A DNA stretch of 64,000 bases from Octopus vulgaris (taxonomy: Eukaryota), in NCBI GenBank assembly GCA_951406725.2, contig OX597814.1, positions 200,942,001-201,006,000 of the forward strand, read 5' to 3'. Position 1 is the first letter of the stretch, and every line of letters starts with the position of its first letter. Both the position numbers and the translations under genes were made by a program. Positions 25,169 to 39,181 of this stretch are shown piece after piece. Below the pieces are notes generated by a model that saw nothing but the letters and a program-made list of their open reading frames with translations, was not told where the DNA came from and ran no database searches.

Positions 25169-26700
25169 TTTCTAATGACATACGTTACCTTCATTTAAAT
25201 TAATTTTGAAAATAATGAAGAATTTAGCAAAATAACTTAATAACAAAGCTAATGTGAACGGCCAGCTTCAGGCAACTCTTTTGTGAAGATAACACTTTGT
25301 GTGGAGCTTTAGTTAGTGTGGGAGACAATAAACTAAAGGGCTGCCACACTAGTTATGTCACTGAACTAAGTCCTTGTCAACCTGGTATTTAGAATATAGA
25401 TTAATTTGAAATTTTTATGAATGATTTTAATTTAGATTATTTTAAAACAGTGTAAAAGCAACATTTGCCAATTAAAAATTAGCCTTCCTCTTCAGAGACA
25501 GAAAATGAGTGCTCTTACACTGTTTTAAAATAATCTAAATTAAAATCATTCATAAAAATTTCAAATTAATCTATATTCCAAATACCAGGTTTAAAGGGAG
25601 AAATTTGACAAGTCAGTCAGTCGCCTGCTGACACTCGTTGACATCGAAGAGGCCAGGGAACAGAAGAAAGAAGAAAGGAGACATGCACCCAACACCAGAG
25701 CTGAAGACACCTCTGAGAGGCGGGGTTCCGTCATGTCAAAGCAGTAGAGGAGACGTAGTTCCTCCTGATGATGTCTTGAGCTAACTGGATCCTATAAAGG
25801 AGCTGTTGTGGTAGCAGACCATGAAACACGGTTGAAATTCCCCACTCTCAGAGTGGTTGGTATTAGGAATGGCATCCAGTCATAGAAACCATGCCAAATT
25901 AGACTGGAGTCTGGTGCAGCCTTCCAGCTTGCCAGCCCCAGTCAAACCGTCCAACCCATGCCAAATGATGATGATGATGATGAGAAGGTTGGATCCTAGA
26001 ACCAGGACCAGTTCCAGGTGGCTTGGTATCAAAAGAGTTAAAAGACTGAAAGTTCAAGATTTCCCTTTAAATGAGATCCCATTCTATTGCACGATTAATC
26101 ACAAATAGCTGATATAATCATTAGTGTTCATTTTCAGCTGAACGGTGTGAAGCAATGTGAAATGAAATGTCTTGCTCAAGAACACAACATGCTACCTCGT
26201 CTGAGATTTGAACAAAGCCACAGCTATTACTTTTGAGCCCAACCTTAATCTACTACACCACATGTGCCTTCACATGATATTAAGTTAAGCCTATCGACAT
26301 ATGTTACATTCTTTATATTACAAACCAGTAATTTCCCAAATGTTTGCAAGAATTTATTCTTCATGTTATAGAAGACAGGCTGAAAAAGCAAGAAGAGCTG
26401 AGAAAGTTGATGAAGATGATATCTATGAAGCGAAAACTGGAAAATCAGAATATTCTTATTATAGTCATTTCTGATAATCAAATGAGAGAATTGGAAATAA
26501 ATGCTTTCCCTCTTCATCAGAAAGAACACACAGCTATACCTAGATACTTAAACACATACAAAAACACTCACACATATATATATATACATATATATATAAC
26601 ATGCGTATATATACACACACATATATACATACATACATATGTACATACATACTTACATACATATGTACATACATATGTACATACATATATACATACATAT

Positions 26701-26731
<31 letters not shown>

Positions 26732-26781
26732 CATACGTACATATATACATACATGCATACATACATGCATACATACATACA

Positions 26782-26815
<34 letters not shown>

Positions 26816-26930
26816 CATACATACATATGTACATACATACATATGTATATCTATATATAGATATATGTAGCTATAGATATACTTATATAAGTACAAATAT
26901 AAATATATATATGTATATATATATATACAT

Positions 26931-27001
<71 letters not shown>

Positions 27002-27041
27002 CATGTGTGTGTATATATATATATATATATATGTATATGTG

Positions 27042-27117
<76 letters not shown>

Positions 27118-27133
27118 TACATACATGCACATG

Positions 27134-27182
<49 letters not shown>

Positions 27183-27724
27183 ATGTGCTTGTGTTATATA
27201 TCTATAAAACTATGTGAAACGATGGCGGAAGAAACGCATTTCATCATTTCATTTAAAGCAGAGAAAATAGCAACTCTAATTATAAGGCGGTAATATCTAT
27301 GGGAACGTATCATAGAACTGACCTATTTAGGTAAAGAAAGATTTCTGTCTTGGCTTGAAGGCTAATTTTGAAATGGGTGGAGGAAAACCTATAATCAATT
27401 GAATCGACAGCAGAATGCATTTTTATCAAAGAAACAGAGATAAAAAGGCTGAGTTGACAGCAATAAAAGGAATTAAGAAGCAGGAAGCAGAAAACAAGAT
27501 ACATATTGACATTTATAGAAATGATTAAAAATGTTAAACCCGTTGTTAAATTTGCCAATATATATATATTGTGAAACGAGATGAGAAACAGGAAACATTT
27601 AAAAATTTCGTGTATTATTTTTGTAATAGTTTGAGATTTATTTACATAACGTTTGCAAACGCTAAGATCATTTTCTTTTGTCATTTCTTTCTTCTATTTA
27701 TATATACATGTGCTTATATATATA

Positions 27725-27778
<54 letters not shown>

Positions 27779-27819
27779 AACATACATACATATATATATA
27801 CACACACATATATATACAC

Positions 27820-27901
<82 letters not shown>

Positions 27902-29425
27902 CTAGCAGAGATACCCGGCGTTGCCTGTGTTACAATTGAAGAATTAGACTTTTCTGTGATATTTTCTCTAATGAACTGGAATATCTATGTTTCGAATTTC
28001 ATTAAAATTGCAGATGAGGGTTATTTCCCTCTTTACACACCCCCCAAAAATTGTAATCGTGCCACATATACCACGTACTTTTGTCATTCCTTTCTTCTAT
28101 TTATGTATACACTAGCAGAATTGCCCGGCGATGCTTGGGGCTGAATTGCTTGAAAGTACTGTTAATGATTGCACTGAATTATGATGATTATTCAGGCAAA
28201 TATTGATATAAGCTTACGGTGGGAGATAAGGACCTAACGATCAAACGTGTGCCATTGCATTGTTTTGGGGGAACCAAATTTCTAATGAGCATTATAGGGG
28301 CACCAACTTTAAGTTTGAGAATGTGTGGTGGTAGTCAGGGGGGCTCAAAGGAATTGAGTACCTCTATTGGATAGTTGATGACGTCCTCTGGGTCAGGAGT
28401 TGTATCGATAGACTTATATACATAGACATCCCCAGGAATGAGTTTTAGCATTTCATCATTAATATGGTGAACAGTTTTATTCCTCGGGGCCAAAATAGCC
28501 CTTTGGCCGATCCAATCCATATTCTGATAATTAGCTTGTAGATCTGGGAACACTGCATCTCTGAGATCAGAAGGCGTTTTAACAATGGTACAAATGGGAT
28601 CGATGGCAATATTACCATTTTCATCCCCTGGTATTTTGCCTTCGCCAAGTGCAAGGAGGGTGTGAGAAAATGCTGCTGATGTGATATTACGTCGCATATG
28701 AGCACGCATATTGGTGTGAAGTTTGAGCATCTTCACCAGTGGCCACAATGTGGATGACTTAAGACACGCACATACTGCATCAGTTCTAGTCTATTTGGGA
28801 ATAACAGGAAGTGTTTGTCGGAAGTCCCCTGAAAGAGGAAGTGTTATGCCTCCCATGGCAGCTGAAGAGTGTTTGATGTCTCTGAGAGATCTATCTAGTG
28901 CCTCAAGAGCACCTCTGTGGGCCATCGTGCATTCATCCCAAACGATAAGCTTGCATGGTCTGAAGACTTCTGCCTGATCGGAGCTGTTACTGATGTTGCA
29001 AGTTGGTGTCTCAGTCTTCGCTAAGTCAAGCGGAAGCTTGAAAGTGGAGTGAGCTGTCCTGCCGCCTGGCAACAAAGTAGCCGCAATTCCAGATGATGCC
29101 ACAGCTAGGGCAATGCCTTGTGTTCGCCTAATCTCAGCCAATATTAATTTGTTGAGAAAAGTTTTCGCAGTGCCCCAGGAGCGTCCAGGAAAAATATCCC
29201 CACAGCTTTGGCCCGGACTGAATTAACAACGGAGTTGTAAGCGAACTTCTGTTCTGGAAGGAGCTTTGGCTCATTGTCGGCTATGTACTCGGCAAGCTCG
29301 TCAACATGAAAACATGTCTCACGCAGCAAATGTGAAGACAGAGTGTTTGTGCCTTCCTGGTTTGTTGAAGGTAGGCCATAGACCGGCAAGGCACTACCAC
29401 CCATATCAAGTATAGTATCTTCGAA
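27902..29425 (-). mobile_element. Helitron remnant: PIF1-family helicase pseudogene with two 3' termini
   Basis: IALAVASSGIAATLLPGGRTAHSTFKLP, LIVWDECTMAH, GDFRQTLPVIP, RAILAPRN. Minus-strand ends ...CAACGCCGGGTATCTCTG-CTAG (27902) and ...CCCAAGCATCGCCGGGCAATTCTG-CTAG (28112). Confidence 0.92.
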
Positions 29426-30467
29426 CGTAGTTTGTTACCACACAGCCACACCTGCCCCTATGTATGTGTGTGTGTGTGTGTGTACGTGTGTGTGTATGGA
29501 TAGATATATTATGCATGTATATATGTATATATATATATGTGTACATATTACATGTACATCTATATATATATATACATCTACACATAAAATACAAAATAGA
29601 AAGTTATATCTTGATATCGCTAGTGATAACAATACTCAAAATATATAACAGACTAGAATTGTAGGCCCGTCTCTTGCTATTTCGATCAATTGTATCTTGT
29701 CCTCCCTTTTGTATAGAAGTGTACGGCTGCAGCGAAATTCATTTTTGGACTTTCTTCTATCGAAGGCATTTTAACAAAAATGCTTCCGTAAAGACGGTGA
29801 AAATATTGTTAATTTCCCCAAACAGGGACACAATTCAATTTTAAAACAATAACCAAAGCCCCTTCTCCGAAAGGGTTACGGTTTACAATTATTTAACAAA
29901 TGCAACACAACAACGTTTCCCTGACGAGGAACCAACAAACGTGATTACAATAGTCAAACAGTAATAATAATAACAACAAACCTTTTTAATGTATCCCCAT
30001 TTATATGAAACCACTTATTCAAGTTCAAGTCATTGATGCAATTTTATACGAATTGCTAATACACACACACATAATAAGTGTGAAAAATTGAATATTAATT
30101 TGATTAATATGAATTGAAAACCAGTGGTGTAGCATATAAGACCACAGCGGATCTTCTTCTAGCAAAAAGGATGACCAGTATTAATTGCTCATCCCTTTTA
30201 TATAAATACTTTCACTTTAATTATTGCACACTTGCAAAGAGAAAGGAGAGGAAAGTGTAGTGGTAATGCACTTGAAATGAAAGAGGGAAATCGTAACATA
30301 TTTACTTTTCTCGAATTTTTGCTTAATTGGGGGTGAAATTGAAAAAAACTTTACATGCCACGACCCGATGGAATCTACTTGTAAAAATGATAGGTAAATT
30401 CCAATTGAAGAAATTCTATATTGTAGAATTGTATATACACACACACATATATATATATATATACATA

Positions 30468-32258
30468 TGGTGAACATTTTTGGGTAAAATTTTCGGTAAA
30501 AATTTTCGAAAAATTTTTGGTGAAAATTTTTGGGTAAAATTTTCGGCGAAAATTTCCGAAAAATTTTTGGTGAAAATTTTTGAGTAAAATTTTTGGGTGA
30601 AAATTTTCGAAAAATTTTTGGTGAAAATTTTCGGTGAAAATTTTCGAAAAATTTTTGGTGAAAATTTTTGGGTAAAATTTTCGGTGAAAATTTCCGAAAA
30701 ATTTTTGAGTAAAATTTTTGGGTGAAAATTTTCGAAAAATTTTTGGTGAAAATTTTCGGAAAATTTTTGGTGAAAATTTTTGAGTAAAACTTTCAAAAAA
30801 TTTTTGGTGAAAATTTTTGTGTAAAATTTTCGGTGAAAATTTTCGAATAATTTTTGGTGAAAATTTTTGGGTAAAATTTTCGGTGAAAATTTTGGAAAAA
30901 TATTTACTGAAAATTTTTGGTTAAAATTTTTGGGTAAAATTTTCGGTTAAAATTTTCGAAAAACATTTAGTGAAAATTTTTTGGTAAAATTTTGGAAAAA
31001 TTTTTATTGAAAATTTTTGTGTAAAATTTTCGAAAAATTTTTGGTGAAAATTTTTGGGTAAAATTTACGGTGAAAATTTTCGAAATATTTTTGGTGAAAA
31101 TATTTGGGTAAAATTTACGGTGAAAATTTTCGAAAAATTTTTGGGCAAAATTTTCGAAGAATTTTTTGTGAAAATTTTTGGGTAAAACTTTCGGTGAAAA
31201 TTTTGGAAAAATTTTTGGGTAGAATTTTCGATGAAAATTTTCGAAAAATTTTTTGGGGAAAAATTTTGGGTAAAATTTTCGGTGAAAATTTTCGCAAAAT
31301 TTTTGGGGAAAATTTTCGGAGAAAATTTATGAAAAATTTTTTGTGAAAATTTTTGGGTAAAATTTTCGAAGAATTTTTTGTTAAAATTTTTGGGGAAAAC
31401 TTTTGGGAAAATTTTCGAAAAATTTTTGGGTAGAATTTTCGATGAAAATATTCCAAAAATTTTTTGGGGAAAAAATTTTGGGTAAAATTTTCGGTGAAAA
31501 TTTTCGCAAAATTTTTGGGGAAAATTTTCGGAGAAAATTTATGAAAAATTTTTTGTGAAAATTTTTGGGTAAAATTTTCGGTGAAAATTTTCGAATAATT
31601 TTCGTGGAAAAGTTTTGGGGAAAATTTTCGAAAAATTTTTGGTGAAAATTTTTGGGTAAAATTTACGGTGAAAATTTTCAAAATATTCTTGGTGAAAATT
31701 TTTGGGTAAAAACGGTGAAAATTTTCAAAAAATTTTTGGGCAAAATTTTCGAAGAATTTTTACTGAAAATTTTTGGGTAAAATTTTCGAAAAATTTTTGG
31801 GGAAAACTTTTGGGGAAAATTTTCGAATAATTTTTGGGGAAAATTTTCGGTGAAAATTTTCACAAATTTTTGGTGAAAATTTTTGGCTAAAATTTTCGGA
31901 GAAAATTTCCGAAAAAGTTTTGGTGAAAATTTTGAGTAAAATTTTTGGGTGAAAATTTTCGAAAAATTTTTGGTGAAAATTTTTGGGTAAAATTTTCGCT
32001 GAAAATTTTCTAAATATTTTTGGTGAAAATTTTTGGGTAACATTTACGGTGAAAATTTTCGAAATATTTTGGTGAAAATTTTTGGGCAAAATTTTTGAAG
32101 AATTTTGTGAAAATTTTTGGGTAAAATTTTCGAAAACTTTTTGGGGAAAACTTTCGAAACATTTTTGGGTAGAACTTTTGGGGAAAATTTTCGAAAGATT
32201 TTTGGGGAAAATTTTTGCAGAAAATTTTTCCCCAAAAATTTTTCGAAAATTTTCACCC
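30468..32258. repeat. A/T-tract satellite (~12-13 bp units, e.g. GGTGAAAATTTT / CGAAAAATTTTT)
   Basis: 1.8 kb of alternating A4-5T4-5 tracts with GGT/CG spacers; orientation flips in the last ~40 bp. Confidence 0.95.
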
Positions 32259-32259
32259 A

Positions 32260-32414
32260 TTGGCCACGATCGGTAGGTGCTTTTTACGTGCCACCAGTCA
32301 AGGCGGCGCTGCAATCGGCCACGTTCGGATGGTGCTTTTTACGTGCTGAAAGGAAGCAACAGAAAGTAACAACCACATTCTTACCCGCGCGTAGAGCGGG
32401 TCACCTTCAGCTAG
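32260..32414 (+). mobile_element. Truncated 3' end of a non-autonomous Helitron
   Basis: CCCGC-GCGTAGA-GCGGG hairpin, then CTAG at 32411-32414. Nearly identical to ~34210-34373. Confidence 0.85.
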
Positions 32415-33152
32415 TCTCTCTATATAAAACTGAAATGCGTTTTTACCGCTTGGATCGCTTTCAAGGCCACTACATCCCGTCCGATTCGCTCCACAATTTA
32501 CAGGGACATGTAAAATGAGGTGACGATGCCCGTGGGCTACCTTAGAAATCCCTATCTTAAAAGGTGTCGTTGCTAGGGGCCAAAAACCCACTTTGACATG
32601 TCCACTTCCGTTCTTTTACGTATATGTCTTCCTCACTCACTCACACTATTTCTTCCATTCCCCTCTAACTCCCTTTCACTTTCCCTTTATAAGTTCGTCA
32701 GACGACGTTCTTTTATGTATCTGTCTGCATTCATATAGAGAATTATCATCGCCACCACCAACACACGAGCATGAGAACAAATATTATGAATCAGATATTT
32801 ATTGCGTTCATTTATATATGTGTGTGTGTTCGATATATAAATATGTATATATAATGTATATATACAAAGTGTATGTATCTGTATTTATGTATATTAAACT
32901 TTTTAAAAATTTTTTGATAGTTATATACATTTTTAAACAAATTATAAATATAATTTAATAATTTTTATTCTAAATTTAAATAATTTAAATTTTTCAATTT
33001 TATATTTTATATATTTTCTATATTATATTTTTATTTTTATGTTTTTGTTTTTGGTTTTTTACTGTTTCATTTGCCTATTAGTTGTTTTATCGCTAATTTA
33101 ATTTATACATATATATATATATATAATTTGTATATATAATGCGTGCACACAC

Positions 33153-33191
<39 letters not shown>

Positions 33192-34373
33192 ATGTGTGCA
33201 TTATGTGGTCGGTCGATTCAGCTGAAAATATGCACACCTATGTTAAAAGTGCTGGCAAGTTTGCATGACAACTATTTTTTTCCCTCAAATGAAAGGCGTG
33301 ACCTCTAGGACAAAATTCCTCATCTTATAAAATGTGGCCCCAGTAGACGCGAATGAAATCGGGTTATATTAATCAAAATGTGAAAAGGGGTCTAAATGGG
33401 GCTGGAAGGGGAGTAAAATTTAAAGGATCGGGTGTTTAGGAATTCTCTGTTACATCAAGCTAATAAATTTGCGCCAGCCTTTTAATCGTCAATGTGTTGC
33501 CGTCCATGATAAAGACGTTTTGAATGCTTGCCATGGTGAGTCTACTGTCGTGAGAAAGTATCACTTCAAAACTTGGTGTTTACGAATTTTCTTTTACATC
33601 AAGTTCACAATTTTACGCCAGCCGTTAAACTGTCAATACGTTGCTGTCTGTCGTTAAAAAATGCCAGCCATGGTGACTCTACTATCCTCAGATTCTATCC
33701 CTTTAAACTTTGGTTTCCAATATTTTATTATTTTTATTCAGCTCGCAAGTTCGTCTGTCCCTTTTAAATGTTAGCGTTTTGCTGTCTGCCTTGAAGCAGA
33801 CCTTTCCGTTGCCACTGCCTGATATTTATGATTGATCTTTCTAAATATTTTATTTCTCAACTAACTCAAGATCTTTTGTTGTTTATAAATGGGAGAGAGA
33901 TAGATAAAGATAGAGAGTAAGAGAAAGCAAGGGAGGGTCCGAGAGAAAAGAAAAGTAAGAGAGTAGGAAAGTGAGAGAGAAACAAAGAGGGGGAATCATC
34001 ATCATCATCATCGTTTAACGTCCGTTTTCCGTGCTAGCACGGGTTGGACAGTTTGACCGGGGTCTGGGAAGCCAGGAGGCTGTACCAGGCTCCAGTCTGA
34101 TCTGGCAGTGTTTCTACAGGTGGATGACCTTCCTAATGACAACCACTCTGTGAGTGTAGTGGGTGCTTTTTTCGTGCCGCCGGCACAGGTGCCAGGGGGG
34201 CTGGCAGCGGCTACGATCGGTTGGTGCTTTTTACGTGCCACCGGCACAGAAGCCAGTCAAGGTGGCGCTGCAATCGGCTACGTTCAGATGGTGCTTATTA
34301 TGTGCTGAAAGGAAGCAACAGAAAGTAACCACCACACTCTTACCCGCGCGTAGAGCGGGTCACCTTCAGCTAG
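32415..34373 (+). mobile_element. Non-autonomous Helitron (~1.96 kb) carrying a family C fragment
   Basis: 5' TCTCTCTATATAAAA directly after the upstream CTAG; 3' hairpin and CTAG at 34370-34373. Internal ~140-bp degenerate tandem repeats (33434-33790) and a family C piece at ~33996-34306. Confidence 0.8.
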
Positions 34374-34405
<32 letters not shown>

Positions 34406-34527
34406 CATACATACATACATACATATGTACATACATACATACATACATACATATGTACATACATACATACATACATATGTACATACATACATACATATGT
34501 ACATACATACATACATACATACATACA

Positions 34528-34558
<31 letters not shown>

Positions 34559-34632
34559 GTACATACATACATACATACATATGTACATACATACATACAC
34601 CTTCAGCTAGTATATATATATATATATATACA

Positions 34633-34663
<31 letters not shown>

Positions 34664-34716
34664 GTACATACATACATACATACATACATATGTACATACA
34701 TACATACATACATATG

Positions 34717-34747
<31 letters not shown>

Positions 34748-34911
34748 GTACATACATACATACAAATATACATACATACATATGTACATATATACATACA
34801 TATGTACATACATACATATGTACATATATACATATTTACATACATACATATATACATACATATGTACATATATACATATATATATATACATACATATATA
34901 TATACATACAT

Positions 34912-35850
34912 AACTTAGAAAGGTTTTGGCCAGTATTGGCCCAGGCCATGTCTAACTTAATAGCACCACCTGGTGAAGTCTTTCAATTCAGGATTTGGGC
35001 ACCAAGGCCCATTCGAGCAGAGAGTTATTGTTTGCAGAGACATATCCGGGTGTGGGTGGTTTGTCCGAGACTGTTTGAAGGAATTTGTCCAAAGACTTCT
35101 TGAATTTTGTGTGGTCAGTTTCTTTTTTGACATGTCCTGGTGTAATGTTGAAGAGAGCGGGTCCAATTGAGGTGAAATAGTTGTGCCGTATTGTTGTTAT
35201 GTGATGCCATTTAGATTTTTGTTGTGGACGGATGGCACGTGGTCCAAGCCTTGGATGTATTTTGAAGGTGATGCCAACATCATTCGGACAGTTCTGATGG
35301 AATATTTTCCACATCATACAGATAATGTAGTGTTCATGGCATCGTTGGAGTGAATACAGTTTCAGCTTCTCTAGTCTACCCCAGTAGTCAAGGTCTGACA
35401 TGCCATCTATCTTTTTTGTGATTGACCTTTGGGGAGCTTCAATTCTCATAATATTTTGGTTTGTGTAGGGAGACCACAGTGGGCAGCAGTATTCAAGGTG
35501 GGGTCGGGCAAAAGTGGAGAAGAGAAGGATAATAGTGTGGGAATCTCTCGACTGGAAGGTTGTGAGAATCCAGGAACACATTCTGCGGGCCATGTCAACT
35601 TTGCTGCTTATATGTGTAGCCCAGCTTATGTTGTTGTCCACTGTTACTCCCAAGTCTCTGATGTTGTTGGATGCCATGAGAATTTCTCCAGAAGGAAGAG
35701 AGCATGGGAGTTTCAGAGCGTCCTCCCTTCCAAAGTGGATCAGTTCGAATTTGTCTTCATTTAGCAACATGTTATTCTTTTCCGCCCATTGGACAACAGC
35801 CAGTAGGTCTGACTGAAGGCTTATTCGGTCATCCATGCCATTGATGATCT
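34912..35850 (-). mobile_element. CR1-type LINE 3' end (RT C-terminal region, open frame)
   Basis: [24 protein letters not shown]...[17 protein letters not shown]...[13 protein letters not shown]...[11 protein letters not shown]. The N-terminal part of the listed 416-aa ORF is microsatellite/SINE read-through. Confidence 0.9.
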
Positions 35851-36168
35851 TCACATATATACATACATATATATATATATATACATACATATATATATAT
35901 ATATACATACATACAAATATATATATATACATACATACATATATATACATACATACATATATATACATACATACATATATATACATACATACATATATAT
36001 TCATACATACATATATATACATACATACATATATATATGTATACACATATATATATATACACAAACACATATATATACATATATATATATATACATATAT
36101 ATATATACATATATATGTATGCACACACACATATATATATATATACATACATACATACATATATATAT

Positions 36169-36532
36169 GTGTGGTAAGTAGCTTGCTAACCAACCACATG
36201 GTTCTGGGTTCAGTCCCATTGCGTGGCATCTTGGGCAAGTGTCTTCTGCTATAGCCCCGGGCTGACCAATGCCTTGTGAGTGGATTTGGTAGACGGAAAC
36301 TGAAAGAAGCCTGTCGTATATATGTATATATATATAAGTGTGTGTGTATATGTTTGTTCCCTTAGCATTGCTTGACAGCCGATGCTGGTGTGTTTACGTC
36401 CCCGTCACTTAGCAGTTCGGCAAAAGAGACCGATAGAATAAGTACTGGGCTTACAAAGAATAAGTTCCGGGGTCGATTTGCTCGACGAAAGGCGGTGCTC
36501 CAGCATGGCCGCAGTCAAATGACTGAAACAAA
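36169..36532 (+). mobile_element. SINE family A
   Basis: Matches the family A consensus. Confidence 0.9.
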
Positions 36533-36694
36533 TGACTAAAAAAAAAAAAAGAGTATACATATATATATGTAATCAATCAATCATATGCATACATACATAT
36601 ATATATATATGTATACATACATATATATATATATATACACACACACACATATATATACACACACACACATATATATATATACACACACACACAC

Positions 36695-36725
<31 letters not shown>

Positions 36726-37532
36726 CACACACACATATATATATATATACACACATATACATGCATATATATACATTACTATATATATATGTATATGGAT
36801 ATACATACATATATATATATAAACACACCCACATACACTTCTTCGTATTGAATGAATAGGTCTACACAATTGATATTTTTCAAACTGTTTATCTGTCAAT
36901 TGAAATTTACATTTTAGATATCATCACCATCACCATCACCATCATCATCGTCATTGTCATCGTCATCATCATTATTATTGTTATTGGCTTATTCAATGAG
37001 CTTTCCATAAATATTTGCTGGATTTATCCAGAGAATAAATAAATTCCTTAAAAGTATATTAAAGAAGACATCTGTCAAAATATTTTGCCTTCATTATTTC
37101 GTATGCTTTTCTTTAGTTGTTTTTGTGTTAATTTTTTTTTTTATTCATCATTTGAAAACTGTAATAGCTAAATGTTTATTTATTCAATGTTAGAACAAAA
37201 ACGAGAAAAGAAAATCACAAGAAACTCTTATGTATTTAAAGATTTTACTGATATGAGAGATGAAAATATTTTTGGAAATCCCAATACACAAATCGACACT
37301 AGATTCCATTTGATATATATTGGTCTGAGTTACAGCCTTTACGGAACCAAGACTCATACTTGGACAAATAAATAAATATATTTTTTACTTAAAATAAGCA
37401 ATGAAATAATGCTTTAATGATTTAAAAGTTCTTCATTTTACTCCGTCGTAAAACAAAATGTAACTTTTCATGGATTTTGAAAATTTATATGAAAAAATAT
37501 ATTGATTAAATTAATTAATCTATGATTCAAAG

Positions 37533-38673
37533 CACTGGTTCTTAACGTTTTTGGGGCTGCTGCCCTGCTTAACATCCAGGCCACATTCCCAGCACCCTCT
37601 TCACTCATTGTCCTCACAAACATAGACCGCTGTCTGCAGCAAACATAGACCACTGTCTGCAGCAAACATAACCCACTGCAGCAAACATAGACCACTGCCT
37701 GCTGCAAACATAGACCACTGCAGCAAACAAAGACCACTGCAGCAAACAAAGACCACTGCAGCAAACATAGACCACTGCAGCAAACATAGACCACTGCTGC
37801 AAACATAGACCACTGCAGCAAACATAGACCACTGCAGCAAACATAGACCACTGCCTGCTGCAAACATAGACCACTGCAGCAAACAAAGACCACTGCAGCA
37901 AACAAAGACCACTGCAGCAAACAAAGACCACTGCAGCAAACAAAGACCACTGCAGCAAACATAGACCACTGCTGCAAACGTAGACCACTGCAGCAAACAT
38001 AGACCACTGCAGCAAACATAGACCACTGCAGCAAATAAAGACCACTGTAGCAAACATTGACCACTGCAGCAAACATAGACCACTGTAGCAAATAAAGACC
38101 ACTGCAGCAAACATAGACCACTGCAGCAAACATAGACCACTGTAGCAAATAAAGACCACTGCAGCAAACATAGACCACTGCAGCAAACATAGACCACTGC
38201 AGCAAATAAAGACCACTGTAGCAAACATTGACCACTGCAGCAAACATAGACCACTGTAGCAAATAAAGACCACTGCAGCAAACATAGACCACTGCAGCAA
38301 ATAAAGACCACTGTAGCAAACATTGACCACTGCAGCAAACATAGACCACTGTAGCAAATAAAGACCACTGCAGCAAACATAGACCACTGCAGCAAACATA
38401 GACCACTGCAGCAAACAAAGACCACTGTAGCAAACATTGACCACTGCAGCAAACATAGACCACTGTAGCAAATAAAGACCACTGCAGCAAACATAGACCA
38501 CTGCAGCAAACAAAGACCAACTGTTTTTTCCTGAATCAAACTTAACCTAATTAACACGTTATTTTGTTGTTTTTACATCCATCACCCACTTTTGGTGACC
38601 CCACCCCATTAGCAGCCACTGGATCTTTCCACTGCCCCCAGGGTGGCAGTACCACCCACTTTGGGAACCACTG
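37533..38673 (-). mobile_element. hAT (Charlie-like) MITE hosting a minisatellite
   Basis: Ends CACTGGTTCTTAAC and TTTGGGAACCACTG, with 8-bp flanks ATTCAAAG and ATTTTAAG (6/8 match). Confidence 0.7.
37617..38519. repeat. 19-bp minisatellite (AGACCACTGCAGCAAACAT)n, ~47 copies
   Basis: Direct reading; it explains the 19-aa periodic ORFs in all three minus-strand frames. Confidence 0.97.
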
Positions 38674-39146
38674 ATTTTAAGGATTAAATGAGGGTGCAGC
38701 TTTGAAGCCACTTAACTTACAAGGAGTAACGGTAAAGCAGAAATGGAATAGGAATTAGTGGAATGTCTTTGATTCTTAATCTGTTTGAGTGGGAAGCCCT
38801 GAGGTTAAACAATAGCCACAGCAATTATTTGGTGTCTTTTATCCTCTTCTTGTTTCAATCATTTAACTGTGACCATGCTGGGGCAATGCCTTCAAGAATT
38901 TTTTGTCAAATGTATCAACCCTAGTACTTATGTTTTTTTTAAAGCATATTGGTCTTTTTTTGCTGAACTGCTTACTCATGAGGATGTAACTACACCAACA
39001 CCGGTTGTCAAGTGGTTATGGGGGATGGACATAGACACAAAGATATATACATACATACTTACACACACACACACATGCACACACATATATATATACACAT
39101 ACACACACATATACACATACATACTTACATACATACATACATACAT

Positions 39147-39181
<35 letters not shown>

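Noticed and set aside
25760-25836. CTGATGA...GAAAC hammerhead-like words
   Set aside because: Stem I does not pair beyond 2 bp, and there is no inverted arm or TA context. It could be a very old relic.
26344-27293. Long ORFs rich in YI/HT/CV/MY (also at 34.1-36.9, 43.2, 46.0-46.9 and 62.9 kb)
   Set aside because: Translations of (TA)n, (CA)n and (TACA)n microsatellites, not genes.
30416-32518. K/F/N-rich ORFs
   Set aside because: Satellite translation.
37468-38557. 300-350 aa Cys-rich ORFs, and a superficial CRISPR-like look
   Set aside because: A 19-bp tandem repeat with no unique spacers and no cas genes; the ORFs arise because the unit lacks stops.
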